A stretch of 64,000 nt of DNA from an uncultured Gammaproteobacteria bacterium (GCA_964518565.1 CAZFGX010000001.1:139046-203045); one strand, 5' to 3'. Shown: positions 47,844 to 58,406, counted from the stretch's first letter. A program made the numbers and translations. The notes: generated by a model from the letters alone, not told the origin.

Positions 47844-48461
47844 ATGTTTACTCTCCCAAAACTTCCATTTGCATTTAATGCCCTAGAGCCAAATATTGAT
47901 GCGCAAACAATGGAAATTCATCTGACAAAACATCATGCAACCTATGTAAAAAATCTAAATGATGCCTTGGCGACGTTGCCCGATATGGCCGAAAAAACTG
48001 AATCAGATTTACCAAATATTTTATCGGATTTAGATACCTTACCTACCGATATTCAAATGAAAGTTCAAAACAATGGCGGTGGTCATTGGAACCACAGCTT
48101 TTTCTGGCAAATTCTTACTCCTTCAAACACAAGTGGGCAACCATCAACTGAACTATTGTCGACAATTAATACCTCGTTCGGCAATCAAGAAGAATTCAAA
48201 AGTAAGCTTATCACCAAGGCTCTGTCTCGTTTTGGCTCTGGATGGATTTGGGTTATAAAAACTCCATTTGGTTTAGAAATTGTCGATACGCCTAATCAGG
48301 ACAATCCAGTCATGAACCACCAAACCCCTATCTTGGGCATCGATATCTGGGAACACGCATATTATCTCAAGTATCAAAATCGACGCAACGAATATCTTGA
48401 AGCGGTATGGCAAATCATCAACTGGTCAGAAGTTTCAAGATTGTTTTCGGTTACTCTTTAA
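47844..48461 (+). CDS. sodA: Fe/Mn superoxide dismutase
   Basis: LPKLPFAFNALEP...HHATYV, DIWEHAYYL motifs. Confidence 0.9.
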   Translation: MFTLPKLPFAFNALEPNIDAQTMEIHLTKHHATYVKNLNDALATLPDMAEKTESDLPNILSDLDTLPTDIQMKVQNNGGGHWNHSFFWQILTPSNTSGQPSTELLSTINTSFGNQEEFKSKLITKALSRFGSGWIWVIKTPFGLEIVDTPNQDNPVMNHQTPILGIDIWEHAYYLKYQNRRNEYLEAVWQIINWSEVSRLFSVTL

Positions 48462-50240
48462 CCGTTCAGTTTTATCTAGTACTCTTTTTCGCAAGCGAAT
48501 AGACACAGGGGTCACTTCTAAGAGTTCATCGTCTTCAATAAAATCCAATGCTTGTTCAAGAGACAACTTCAGAGCCGGAGTTAGAGCAATTTTAATATCA
48601 GCTCCAGCTGAGCGCATATTAGTTAAATGTTTGCCTTTACACACGTTTAGCTCAATATCACTATCGCGAGTACCCAAGCCAATAATCATTCCCTCATAGA
48701 CATCCTCTCCGGGATCAATAAAAGTTATCCCACGTTCTTGAGCGTTTTCCAGAGAGTAGGCGAGAGCCTTGCCAGCATCCAAAGCAACCAAAACCCCCGC
48801 CCGAATATGTTCGGCGACTGCCCCCACAGGTTTATATCCAGCAAATAAGGTATGAAAAACTGCAGTGCCTTTGGTGGCGGTCAATAGCAAATTTCTGACA
48901 CCAATCATATTTCGTTGAGAAATGAGGTAAGAAATTCGAGTATTACCCTTACCATCTGCTGCCATATCCTGCATTTGCCCTCGTCGCTTACCCATTTCAG
49001 TGGTTACTACCCCAACGTGTTCGTCAGGCACATCAATAGTAACCTCGTCATATGGCTCATTGCCTTCTTTAAAAATAACTTGCGGCCGAGACACTTGTAA
49101 TTCATAGCCTTCTCGTCTCATTGTCTCAATCAAGACTGCCAGATGGAGCTCTCCTCGGCCTGAAACCTCAAATTCTCCTCCACCAAGGTCGGTAAATCGC
49201 ATACCCAGGTTGATCTCCTTTTCTCTCATCAAACGTTCACCAATTTGTCTACTTGTTACAAACTTCCCTTCTTTACCAGCAAATGGGCTTGTATTTGGCC
49301 CCATAGTCAATTTTAATGTTGGTTCTTCTACAGTGATTAAAGGCATTGCCACAGGTGTAGTTGGATCTGTCAAAGTTTGTCCGATCTCAATGCCTTCAAT
49401 ACCTGCAATGGTAATGATGTCTCCTGCGGTGGCTTGTGAGATTTCTTCACGTTCAATTCCGCGATTTGTATAAATCTTATTAATAGAAAATTGTCCCAAA
49501 GTTTTATCTGGGGTCAGACACAACACTCGTTGTCCAACCTTCAAAATCCCTTTTGTGACTCGACCAATACCCAATTTACCTAAATGAGTGTCATAGTCCA
49601 GAGTAGATACCAACATTTGGAAGGGGGATTCAATATCTCGCACAGCATTGGGCACATATTGCAAAATAGTTTCAAATAATGGGGATAAATCGTCACGTAT
49701 AGAATCGAGTGCGGTTCCTGCTTTACCGTCACGGCCAATTGCATAGACAACGGGAAATTCCAAATGACCTTCATCGGTTGCCAGTTTCAAAAACAGCTCT
49801 TCTGTCTCCAGTAGTACATCTTCTGGGCGAGCGTCTTTTTTATCGATCTTGTTAATTACTAAAATGATCTTCAGATGCGCTTGAAGTGCTTTTTGCAAAA
49901 CGAATTTAGTTTGAGGCAATGGTCCTTCGGCGGCATCCACTACCAACAACGCACCGTCAGCCATATTTAATACCCGCTCTACCTCACCTCCAAAGTCAGC
50001 GTGTCCAGGGGTATCAATAATATTGATTTTTACCCCGTTGTAATATACTGCAGTATTTTTTGCCAAAATAGTAATTCCACGCTCTCGTTCGAGATCGTTA
50101 CTATCAAGAATTGTCGTTTGAGCCATCTCAGCTTGGTTGTCACGAAATGTATGAGTCTGTTTTAACAAACCATCTACCAATGTGGTCTTGCCATGGTCTA
50201 CGTGAGCAATGATAGCAATATTACGAATATCTGAAGCCAT
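48435..50240 (-). CDS. typA: Translational GTPase TypA/BipA
   Basis: [18 protein letters not shown]1, DTPGHADF G3, NKID G4; BipA C-terminal domain; overlaps the sodA 3' end convergently. Confidence 0.95.
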   Translation of the reverse strand: MASDIRNIAIIAHVDHGKTTLVDGLLKQTHTFRDNQAEMAQTTILDSNDLERERGITILAKNTAVYYNGVKINIIDTPGHADFGGEVERVLNMADGALLVVDAAEGPLPQTKFVLQKALQAHLKIILVINKIDKKDARPEDVLLETEELFLKLATDEGHLEFPVVYAIGRDGKAGTALDSIRDDLSPLFETILQYVPNAVRDIESPFQMLVSTLDYDTHLGKLGIGRVTKGILKVGQRVLCLTPDKTLGQFSINKIYTNRGIEREEISQATAGDIITIAGIEGIEIGQTLTDPTTPVAMPLITVEEPTLKLTMGPNTSPFAGKEGKFVTSRQIGERLMREKEINLGMRFTDLGGGEFEVSGRGELHLAVLIETMRREGYELQVSRPQVIFKEGNEPYDEVTIDVPDEHVGVVTTEMGKRRGQMQDMAADGKGNTRISYLISQRNMIGVRNLLLTATKGTAVFHTLFAGYKPVGAVAEHIRAGVLVALDAGKALAYSLENAQERGITFIDPGEDVYEGMIIGLGTRDSDIELNVCKGKHLTNMRSAGADIKIALTPALKLSLEQALDFIEDDELLEVTPVSIRLRKRVLDKTERLKSNRKQS

Positions 50241-50507
50241 AAAAAAACGCCAACTGCGTAGCCAAATTATACCATCTAATCGTCACTTCCTATGCCATTT
50301 GTCCATTGTTGAAAGGTTATAGCGTTGTTTTTGGCTCTTAAACAGCGATCTTTTACTTCTGCTTCGCGTAATAATTCTCGTACAATTTCTATTCCAGCCC
50401 TGGCGATATGTGAAATGCCTTGAAGTGTCATGGTGATTCCAGCCCTCGTCTCTTGTATGGGGCTATAAACATGGTTTATCTCAGATCGCATATATAATTA
50501 GACGTAA

Positions 50508-51041
50508 ATGGCTGAAAAAACCCACGCAATTTTAGATATGCTGTATCAGCAGCTTGGTCGAAAAATTTTAGGCTTACTACTGAAAAGAAGTGGTGGAGAT
50601 TTGGAAGCCGCAGAATCTGTTTTGCAAGATACTTTTATTGCTGCATATAAATCCTTTCATACATTTAATAACAAAAGCAGTTACTTCACCTGGTTGTGCA
50701 AAATTAGTTTGAACAAACTGGCGGATTATTACCGTGATCAGGCAAATCGTAAGTCTAAGATGTTGATTCCTACCATCGATCGCATGAATGAAATAATTGA
50801 TCCACAAATATCATACGAAGAAAAGATGAGCTTAGATGAACTAAAAACCCTAGTTAACAAATGTTTAAACCTCTTACCAAGGCAATATCGCCAGTTGCTA
50901 CAGTTACGATATTACCAACAACTATCTACAAAAGAGATTTGTATTAAATTAGAGACGTCCCCAAGACGATTAGAAGGAAAATTATATCGAGCCAAAAAAG
51001 CTTTAGTCAAAATATATGAAAGATCTACATCAGGCAATTAA
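50508..51041 (+). CDS. ECF-type sigma-70 family RNA polymerase sigma factor
   Basis: Region 2 (LQDTFIAAYKSFHTFN...FTWL) and region 4 HTH (LSTKEICIKLETSPRRLEGKLYRAKKAL). Confidence 0.75.
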   Translation: MAEKTHAILDMLYQQLGRKILGLLLKRSGGDLEAAESVLQDTFIAAYKSFHTFNNKSSYFTWLCKISLNKLADYYRDQANRKSKMLIPTIDRMNEIIDPQISYEEKMSLDELKTLVNKCLNLLPRQYRQLLQLRYYQQLSTKEICIKLETSPRRLEGKLYRAKKALVKIYERSTSGN

Positions 51042-51621
51042 ACATTTACAATCAGATCACGCCTTAAATCTGTTAATACAAAAATATGGCACGATTGATT
51101 ATCCACCTAGTCAAGATATATTTGCCAGCTTAGCCAGTTCAATTATTGGTCAACAGTTATCAAACAAAGCCGCTGATACAATTTGGAACCGATTTGTCAC
51201 TTTGTTTCCAGACAAAAAAGTCACTCCTCATGCACTAAAAGATCTAGACTCTGAACAAATTCGTTCAGTTGGTACCTCATGGGCAAAAGTAGCTGCATTA
51301 AAAGATTTATCTGAAAAAACATTAAACAACACAATTCAATTAAATAAATTATCAGAAATGACAGACGATGAAATTATTAATCACCTCATTCAAGTAAAAG
51401 GCATAGGTAAATGGACGGCGCAAATGCGTCTCATGTTTTCTTTAGCTCGGCCAAATATCTTGCCATTGGATGATATAGGGATTCAGAACGCTTTTGTAAA
51501 AAACTTTAAACTCAAAAAAACTGATCCAAAATTAAAACAAAAAATGCAAAAGATCGCCAAATCCTGGGAGCCATATCGAACCGTTGCTTGTTGGTATCTT
51601 TGGCGCTCTTTAGATAACTAA
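51016..51621 (+). CDS. HhH-GPD DNA glycosylase, AlkA/3-methyladenine glycosylase II-like
   Basis: HhH-GPD motif LIQVKGIGKWTAQMRLMFSL ... LPLDDIGIQ (catalytic Asp). Confidence 0.6.
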   Translation: MKDLHQAIKHLQSDHALNLLIQKYGTIDYPPSQDIFASLASSIIGQQLSNKAADTIWNRFVTLFPDKKVTPHALKDLDSEQIRSVGTSWAKVAALKDLSEKTLNNTIQLNKLSEMTDDEIINHLIQVKGIGKWTAQMRLMFSLARPNILPLDDIGIQNAFVKNFKLKKTDPKLKQKMQKIAKSWEPYRTVACWYLWRSLDN

Positions 51622-51636
51622 GGTAAAATTCACAAT

Positions 51637-52653
51637 ATGACAAATAAAGTTGCACATATCGCAGATAAAATTTTAAATCAAATCCAGCAATCAAAAAATA
51701 TTCTTCTGCATTTTCATGTCAATCCTGACGGTGATTCAGTAGGTGGTGCACTAGCAATGATGCAAGTACTCAAGACTTTAGGTAAAAATGTCACAGTCAT
51801 TCAAGGGGACTCATCTATCCCAGAATATTTAGAGACTTTACCTGGAATATCAGAAGTAGTGAAAAAAAATTTTTTTGAAATTGAAATACAAAAATTTGAC
51901 ACATTTATTATTCAAGATAGTTCAAACCTAGATAGAGTCTCTACTAAAGAGCAAATTATTTTTCCTCCTCATATTTGCACAATTGTTATTGATCACCATG
52001 TAACAAACACCCACTTTGGGCAATTAAACCTTGTAGATGAAACATATCCATCCGTCTGTCAATTACTTTACGATCTCTTCAAAGCTTGGAATATAAGAAT
52101 CACCAATGACATGGCCTTATGTTTGTTGGTGGGTATGTATACAGATACGCTATTTAAATATCCAGGTGTTACATCAGCTTCTTTTCAAGCCGCTGCAGAT
52201 TTGGCCAAATTGGCGCCAGACTTCACCCAAACCATTTTTTCGATTGAAAATAATCAACACCCCAAATCATTAGAACTCATGGGGTTGTATTTGTTAAATA
52301 CCAAACATGTTTTCTCAAATCGTGTCGTATGTTCTTCGGTCTCATATGCAGACTTTATTTCTCATCAAATCCCTACAGATATAAATGTTCATGGTATTGC
52401 AAATTTACTAGCCTCTGCCAAAGGAAATGATATTGCAGTGATTCTTACCGAAGAGCAGCCGAACCAAATCAGTGTGAGTATGCGAACACGAGATAGTAAA
52501 AAATATGACGTGGCAAAAATAGCTGTAGCTACTGGTTGTGGTGGTGGCCATCCTGCTGCAGCGGGAGCAAATTTCTCTCTGTCTCTAAAAGAAGCAGAAG
52601 AAAAAATGTTCCAAACTATTGCCTCAGTCTATCCAGATCTCGTCCATCCGTGA
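51637..52653 (+). CDS. DHH/DHHA1 phosphoesterase (NrnA-like oligoribonuclease / pAp phosphatase)
   Basis: HVNPDGDSVGGALAM, IIQDSS, VIDHHV (DHH) and C-terminal DHHA1 GGGHPAAAG. Confidence 0.75.
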   Translation: MTNKVAHIADKILNQIQQSKNILLHFHVNPDGDSVGGALAMMQVLKTLGKNVTVIQGDSSIPEYLETLPGISEVVKKNFFEIEIQKFDTFIIQDSSNLDRVSTKEQIIFPPHICTIVIDHHVTNTHFGQLNLVDETYPSVCQLLYDLFKAWNIRITNDMALCLLVGMYTDTLFKYPGVTSASFQAAADLAKLAPDFTQTIFSIENNQHPKSLELMGLYLLNTKHVFSNRVVCSSVSYADFISHQIPTDINVHGIANLLASAKGNDIAVILTEEQPNQISVSMRTRDSKKYDVAKIAVATGCGGGHPAAAGANFSLSLKEAEEKMFQTIASVYPDLVHP

Positions 52654-53005
52654 TACCATAAAATATATGGTTGGATTCATGCTCAAAATAGCAATCATTG
52701 CTGCTCTTGTTGGTGGTGCTGGAATTTATGTAAAACAAAAGTACGGCTCAGTGCCAAATCCTCAAACACTTGTCAGTCAACTAAAATCTCAAGCAACATC
52801 AATAGACGTAAATACATTAGGGAAAAATCTGAGTTCCTCATTAGACTCTTTGGTAACCAACACAGACAAAAATTCTCCTGTGGTTTTGGGTGTAAAAATT
52901 GGCAATGATAGCTTAAGTGTCATCGTAGATGTGATACAAAAATTACCACCAGACCAAATTAATCAAGTCAAAACGATCATCTGTGCCCCGAGTACTTCAC
53001 AATAG
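52619..53005 (+). CDS. Hypothetical membrane-anchored protein
   Basis: 128-aa ORF with one N-terminal TM helix; no recognised domain. Confidence 0.4.
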   Translation: MPQSIQISSIRDTIKYMVGFMLKIAIIAALVGGAGIYVKQKYGSVPNPQTLVSQLKSQATSIDVNTLGKNLSSSLDSLVTNTDKNSPVVLGVKIGNDSLSVIVDVIQKLPPDQINQVKTIICAPSTSQ

Positions 53006-53025
53006 ATCAGATATAATCTGATCGT

Positions 53026-54102
53026 ATGTCAGATATTTATTCTACCGCTCAAGAACTAGTTCAAAGATTAGAACAGGTCAAACAAAAGCTTGATCCAGTT
53101 CGTCGTGGACAACAAATTCGCGAACTTCAAGCACAAACCCTCGCCTCAGATTTTTGGTCAGACACGAGCCATGCGAAAAGTATCATGCAACGTTTGTCAC
53201 AGTTGGAATTAGAACAATCTCAAATAAACCAAATAGAGCAAAATTTGACCGATCTAATTGGTCTAAGCCAAATCATGTCCGAGGATCCAGAGTTAGAAAA
53301 AGATTTGAAAAAAATTACCAAACAGTTATCTCAGTTAGAAATTAAAACGTTCCTAAATAAAAAATATGACAGTTTAAATGCGATTGTGACAATTCACGCT
53401 GGTCAGGGTGGAACAGAGGCCATGGATTGGGTAGCTATGTTGTTGCGAATGTATCTGAAGTATTGTGAAAGTCGAGATTGGTCGGTGGAATTGGTAGATG
53501 AGGCCCCAGGAGAAGAAGCTGGCTATAAATCAGTAACATTCACTGTCTCAGGAGCCTATGCGTTTGGTTATCTTTTAGGCGAAAAAGGTGTCCATCGTTT
53601 AGTTCGCCAGTCTCCATTTAATGCTGATCAACTTCGTCAAACCTCCTTCGCTTTGGTGGAAATCCTCCCTGAACTACCAGAGGAAACTGACGAAATTACC
53701 ATTCCAGCCGATGATATTCTATTTGAGGCTTACAGAGCGGGTGGACATGGGGGGCAAAATGTAAATAAGGTTAGTACAGCTGTCAGGTTAACACACAAGC
53801 CTACAGGTATTGTTGTCCAATGCCAGACACAAAGATTTCAAGAACAAAATCGCAAAATCGCTTTATCTATGCTCAAAGCCAAACTTTGGGAGATGGAACA
53901 ACAACGACGTGAATCCGAACAAAAGCAGCTAAAAGGTGTCCACAAATCAGCCTCCTGGGGCAATCAAATTCGTTCGTACGTTTTACATCCATACAAACTC
54001 GTGAAAGATTTGCGTACCGATGTAGAAACCTCTCAAGCGGAGTCGGTATTGGACGGCGATTTAGACATGTTTATTGAAACCGAGTTAAAACAACTAAAAT
54101 AA
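53026..54102 (+). CDS. prfB: Peptide chain release factor 2, encoded without the programmed +1 frameshift
   Basis: SPF motif (VRQSPFNAD), GGQ motif (GGHGGQNVN); N-terminus intact, codons ...AAG CTT GAT CCA... where E. coli has CTT TGA C. Confidence 0.9.
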   Translation: MSDIYSTAQELVQRLEQVKQKLDPVRRGQQIRELQAQTLASDFWSDTSHAKSIMQRLSQLELEQSQINQIEQNLTDLIGLSQIMSEDPELEKDLKKITKQLSQLEIKTFLNKKYDSLNAIVTIHAGQGGTEAMDWVAMLLRMYLKYCESRDWSVELVDEAPGEEAGYKSVTFTVSGAYAFGYLLGEKGVHRLVRQSPFNADQLRQTSFALVEILPELPEETDEITIPADDILFEAYRAGGHGGQNVNKVSTAVRLTHKPTGIVVQCQTQRFQEQNRKIALSMLKAKLWEMEQQRRESEQKQLKGVHKSASWGNQIRSYVLHPYKLVKDLRTDVETSQAESVLDGDLDMFIETELKQLK

Positions 54103-54105
54103 TCA

Positions 54106-54648
54106 ATGGAAAAAAGTCCGTTTGCATCTCGTGCCGGTGAAAAATTACAAGCCGCGCTTACAGAGTTTGAAGTGAGTATCAATGATATGGTTTGTGCGGA
54201 TCTTGGTTGTAGTACGGGTGGATTTACGAGTTGCCTATTAGCAAATGGGGCAAAAAGAGTCTATGCCGTTGATACAGGATATGGTGTCTTAGATTGGAAA
54301 CTTCGAAATGATCCGCGAGTGGTAGTCAAAGAGCGGACAAATGCATTACACGTCGAGCTAGAAGAGCCAGTAGACATCATTTCAATTGATGTGGGGTGGA
54401 CGCCGCAAGCAAAAATTTTGCCGCATGCGATTTCATTACTCAAGCCATCTGGAAAAATCATTTCTCTTCTAAAACCACACTACGAAGCTAAAATTGCTCA
54501 TGTTAGTGAAGAGCGGGCAGAGAAGATCGCAAAAAATGTAATAGAAAATCTAAAAAATATCGGCATATCGATCGACAAATATATAAAATCTCCCATTACC
54601 GGAGCAAAGGCCGCAAATACAGAATTCCTTATGTTATACTCGAAATAA
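54106..54648 (+). CDS. TlyA-family rRNA 2'-O-methyltransferase-like (FtsJ fold), lacking N-terminal S4 domain
   Basis: RAGEKLQAAL...DLGCSTGGFTSCLL...RVYAVDTGYGVL...RTNAL pattern. Confidence 0.65.
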   Translation: MEKSPFASRAGEKLQAALTEFEVSINDMVCADLGCSTGGFTSCLLANGAKRVYAVDTGYGVLDWKLRNDPRVVVKERTNALHVELEEPVDIISIDVGWTPQAKILPHAISLLKPSGKIISLLKPHYEAKIAHVSEERAEKIAKNVIENLKNIGISIDKYIKSPITGAKAANTEFLMLYSK

Positions 54649-55076
54649 TGGAAGATCGTATTGCCCAAAACGAACCAAAGTCTTCAACAGGATTAGTCGT
54701 TGGTATAGTTATTACGCTTGCATGTTTAGGAGTAGGAACCGGGTATCTAATTTCCCAAAAAATAGGCTCAGGTAGTAATACTGTAAGTCAAACTACTGGC
54801 AAAAATATGATCCAAAATAAAAATGAAGTCGGCTCGACTGATACTCGTACCTTTCGTGATTCTGCCGTTGGAACAATTGAGTCAGGTGGATTAAATGGCG
54901 AAGGTACACACAAACTTGTCCGTGACGGTGGTCCAAGCCAAACCGTGTACTTAATTTCCTCTGTCGTAGATCTGAGTCAATTTGTAGGAAAAAAAGTAGA
55001 AGTCTGGGGTGAAACAGTAAAAGCAATTAAAGTCCCTTGGCTGATGGATGTAGGTCGCGTCAAGTTGGTAGAATAA
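54648..55076 (+). CDS. Hypothetical membrane-anchored protein upstream of ftsE
   Basis: 142 aa, single TM, Gly-rich; no recognised domain. Confidence 0.4.
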   Translation: MEDRIAQNEPKSSTGLVVGIVITLACLGVGTGYLISQKIGSGSNTVSQTTGKNMIQNKNEVGSTDTRTFRDSAVGTIESGGLNGEGTHKLVRDGGPSQTVYLISSVVDLSQFVGKKVEVWGETVKAIKVPWLMDVGRVKLVE

Positions 55077-55084
55077 AGTATCCA

Positions 55085-55762
55085 ATGGTTACCGCCAAAA
55101 ATGTCACTAAAAAATTTGGTTCAATCGTCGCCTTGTCCGACATTACTGTCTCAATTGAGCCGGGGGAATTTGTCTTCCTTACCGGACCATCAGGTTCTGG
55201 AAAAACGACATTGTTACGTTTAATTCTTAGAGAATTAAAAACTGATGCTGGTGAACTCATGGTCGCAGGAGAGAATTTAACAAAGCTGCCGAAGAAAAAA
55301 ATACCAAATTTTCGTAGAAACTTAGGTCCTGTATTTCAAGACTTTAGAATACTCAACGATCGTAGTGTGGCTGAAAATATTGCGTTACCTCTAGAAGTAA
55401 AATCCACCAAATCAGCAGAAATAGCTACGGCTGTAAAACTGGCTGCAGAGATGGTTGGTCTACAAAATCATCTCAATTTATTTCCCGGCCAGCTCTCTGG
55501 CGGAGAAGTTCAACGAGTGGCAATCGCTCGAGCAATTATAGGCAAACCAAAAATAATTTTAGCGGACGAACCCACTGGAAACCTGGATCCTAAAACAGCC
55601 AAAAATATTATGAAACTCCTAAAAGATCTGCATGAAGAATTAAAAACTACTATTATCATGGCTACTCACAATGCCGAAATTGTAAATCACAATGCTTTAC
55701 GTGTGATTCATATTGAAAACGGCAAAATAGCTCGAGACGATGCGAAAGGTAAATATGAATAG
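55085..55762 (+). CDS. ftsE: Cell division ATP-binding protein FtsE
   Basis: Walker A GPSGSGKTT, signature LSGGEVQRVAIARA, Walker B ILADEPTGNLD. Confidence 0.9.
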   Translation: MVTAKNVTKKFGSIVALSDITVSIEPGEFVFLTGPSGSGKTTLLRLILRELKTDAGELMVAGENLTKLPKKKIPNFRRNLGPVFQDFRILNDRSVAENIALPLEVKSTKSAEIATAVKLAAEMVGLQNHLNLFPGQLSGGEVQRVAIARAIIGKPKIILADEPTGNLDPKTAKNIMKLLKDLHEELKTTIIMATHNAEIVNHNALRVIHIENGKIARDDAKGKYE

Positions 55763-56633
55763 TCATTTCAAAAATGCCACTCACCGAATACTGCGATCAC
55801 CATACCAAGCTATGGCAGCGATTTTAATTATGACTATGACTTTATTTTTAGCTAGTGTATTTTCTTTGGTTGCTGCTGGATCAGAAGCCGTATTGAGTTA
55901 TTTTGAAACTCGGCCGCAAATCAATGCCTATTTTAAAAGTGACTATACGCCCACGCAAACAGAAATTGATCGCATGTCAGCTCAGCTGCTTGCCACAGCA
56001 GAGGTAGAGTCAGTGAAATTCGTTTCAAAAGAAGAAGCTCTGAGAATCTATAAGGAAAGCAATAAGTCAGACCCTTTATTGCTCGAAGCTGTAAACGCCA
56101 CAATGCTCCCCGCATCGCTAGAGATATCCGCCAAAAATCCACAGCGACTCAAAACAATCGCTGAAGATATTAAAAACGAACCAAATATTGACGATGTACG
56201 TTTTGCTGAAGATATTGTAGAAAATCTGACAAAGTGGACAGGGTCTGTGCGTATAGTTGGTATTGCCCTGGTTGGGACAAATGTAGCCATAACCTTCATT
56301 GTAATTTTATTAATCATCAGTATCAAAGTTGCAAGTCGTAGAGAAGAAATTACTACACTGCAATTAATTGGTGCTACTCCAGCATACATCTCAGCGCCAT
56401 TTATTTGGGAGGGGATTATGTATGGCACGTTGGGGGCTATCTTCGCCTGGGTAATAACTTATACAATTCTGCTTTATTCAATGCCTTTTCTGGTTACATT
56501 TCTTGCGGGTATTCCAATCCTGCCTCCACCTCTATGGTTTATGGGCAGTTTGCTCGGTACGGAATTTTTACTCGGTACGATTGTGGGTGGCATGGGTGGA
56601 GGTTTGGCAGTCCGTCGATACCTCAAAGCATGA
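55755..56633 (+). CDS. ftsX: Cell division permease FtsX
   Basis: N-terminal TM, periplasmic domain, C-terminal 3 TM FtsX domain; ATGA overlaps with ftsE and M23 gene. Confidence 0.8.
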   Translation: MNSHFKNATHRILRSPYQAMAAILIMTMTLFLASVFSLVAAGSEAVLSYFETRPQINAYFKSDYTPTQTEIDRMSAQLLATAEVESVKFVSKEEALRIYKESNKSDPLLLEAVNATMLPASLEISAKNPQRLKTIAEDIKNEPNIDDVRFAEDIVENLTKWTGSVRIVGIALVGTNVAITFIVILLIISIKVASRREEITTLQLIGATPAYISAPFIWEGIMYGTLGAIFAWVITYTILLYSMPFLVTFLAGIPILPPPLWFMGSLLGTEFLLGTIVGGMGGGLAVRRYLKA

Positions 56634-57706
56634 GAAAAACCAGTCTATTTTTGATCACTATCAGCTTTTTTATTATTTCGGTTTTTCATGTCTATGCTTC
56701 AGATATCGAAGATAAAGAGAATCAAATCAAAGACTTAGAAAAGAAAGTCTCTTCTCTTCATTCACAAGCTAAAACGTTGGCTGATCAAGTCGCATATTAT
56801 GACGGTCAGATTCAGCTTACCAGCTTAAAAATCTCTCAAACAGAAATTTTGGTCGCTACAATTTCAGACAAAATAAATACCTTAGAATCAAAACTTCAAC
56901 AGCGTTCTGTGGTATTGGAAAAGCAAATAGTTCAAACCTATAAACATGGTCAAACATCGACACTGGAAATTTTGTTAGCCGCAGACAATTTCTCAGACAT
57001 AATCTCAAAAGCAAAGTATCTTCAAATAGTCCAGGATAACAGTCGTAAATTTCTCCATGACACCCAAATAGTTCAAAGCAGCTACTCTGAACAAAAAAAT
57101 TTAATGCAGGAGTCAAAAAAAAGACTTGAGACACAAAAAACTAATCTGGCAAATCTAAAAGTCGATAAAGATAACTTATTACGTCAAACAAAAAACGACG
57201 AAGTTTTATACCAAAAACAGCTTGAACGAGCCAGATTAGAATTAGAAGCTATCCGTTCAGCCTTGGCTGCAGGAAAAAAAGAAGGCCCTGTAAAAAAAGG
57301 TGATCCAATTGCCTTGATGGGAAATTCCGGTTATCCAAGTTGTAGTACTGGAGCGCACTTACACTTTGAAGTACGAATCAATGATCAATGGGTTAATGCT
57401 GAAACATATATCAAAAATCGCACCGACAAGTATGGGCTAAATATTGGTTCTGGTCAGTGGGATTGGCCAATGAAAGGTGATATTCAGGTAACTCAGCGAT
57501 ATGGAAAAACGCCATACTCCTACGTATATCTCTATAGTGGAGGAATTCATACTGGAGTTGACATGGTAAGTAGTGACAAGGTCATATATGCCCCTGAAGA
57601 CGGAGAGTTGTACTCATATACAGGTAAATGTGGTAGTTCAAACTTAAATATTAAATACATAGACCATGGCAAAGGTCTCAAGACTCTCTATCTTCACGTA
57701 CAGTAA
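56630..57706 (+). CDS. M23/LytM peptidase with N-terminal coiled-coil (EnvC-like); catalytic motifs in permuted order
   Basis: Signal/anchor, long coiled-coil, then GNSGYPSCSTGAHLHFEV (HxH) preceding GIHTGVDM (HxxxD) ... IDHGKGLKTLYLHVQ. Confidence 0.7.
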   Translation: MRKTSLFLITISFFIISVFHVYASDIEDKENQIKDLEKKVSSLHSQAKTLADQVAYYDGQIQLTSLKISQTEILVATISDKINTLESKLQQRSVVLEKQIVQTYKHGQTSTLEILLAADNFSDIISKAKYLQIVQDNSRKFLHDTQIVQSSYSEQKNLMQESKKRLETQKTNLANLKVDKDNLLRQTKNDEVLYQKQLERARLELEAIRSALAAGKKEGPVKKGDPIALMGNSGYPSCSTGAHLHFEVRINDQWVNAETYIKNRTDKYGLNIGSGQWDWPMKGDIQVTQRYGKTPYSYVYLYSGGIHTGVDMVSSDKVIYAPEDGELYSYTGKCGSSNLNIKYIDHGKGLKTLYLHVQ

Positions 57707-58406
57707 ATCGGTAGTAATTTATCTGCTGGTATCGGCATCGGTCGTTTATGCGTCAGAGAATATTCAAATTAGCGAAATTCTACCCAATCCTGCCAATGAA
57801 AACGATGAGTACATCGAATTAATAAATTTGGGCGACATGCCAACAGATCTAAATGGGTTTAGCTTGGATGATGAGCCAAACGCTGGGTCAAAGCCTTATA
57901 AAATTTCTAGTCAAACAATTATTGTTCCACAGGAAAAGAAACGTTTTTTTAAAAACCAGACAAATATTGCGCTAAATAATTCAAAACAAAAAGACCAAGA
58001 TTACGCTGACATTGTTCAATTAATAGATAAGCAAGGAAGTCTTCTTGACTCGATAAAATATTTATCCACACAAACTGATATACCAATCGCTCATACACTA
58101 CCCACAATTACTCCTTTACCCCCTTCTCCAACCCAAATCATATCTCTTGCCACCCCCACACTGACTCCAACCGCCAAACCTCAACCTACTTACAGTCCAT
58201 CTCCTCAACCGTCCACTTCTCAAGTTTTAGGAAAAGAAGTACCAATTGAGACAATCTCTACACCAACCCCGTCCTCGATAACGACAATTTCAAATAACAA
58301 ACCAAAAAAACACCTAAATATAGGTATTATTTTTATCATTCTTGGAACACTATTTTTAGCAACCTCAATCATTATAATTAAAAAGAACTATAGGATAAAT
58401 GACTAA
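57666..58406 (+). CDS. Lamin-tail-domain (LTD) surface protein with PT-rich linker and C-terminal TM anchor
   Basis: Signal peptide; ISEILPNPANENDEYIELINLGDMPTDLNGFSLDD matches LTD consensus; start overlaps last 41 nt of M23 gene. Confidence 0.6.
   Translation: MAKVSRLSIFTYSKSVVIYLLVSASVVYASENIQISEILPNPANENDEYIELINLGDMPTDLNGFSLDDEPNAGSKPYKISSQTIIVPQEKKRFFKNQTNIALNNSKQKDQDYADIVQLIDKQGSLLDSIKYLSTQTDIPIAHTLPTITPLPPSPTQIISLATPTLTPTAKPQPTYSPSPQPSTSQVLGKEVPIETISTPTPSSITTISNNKPKKHLNIGIIFIILGTLFLATSIIIIKKNYRIND

Noticed and set aside
50276-50491. 71-aa minus-strand ORF between typA and the ECF sigma gene
   Set aside because: It fills a divergent promoter region, has no RBS or recognisable domain, and is more likely non-coding regulatory DNA.
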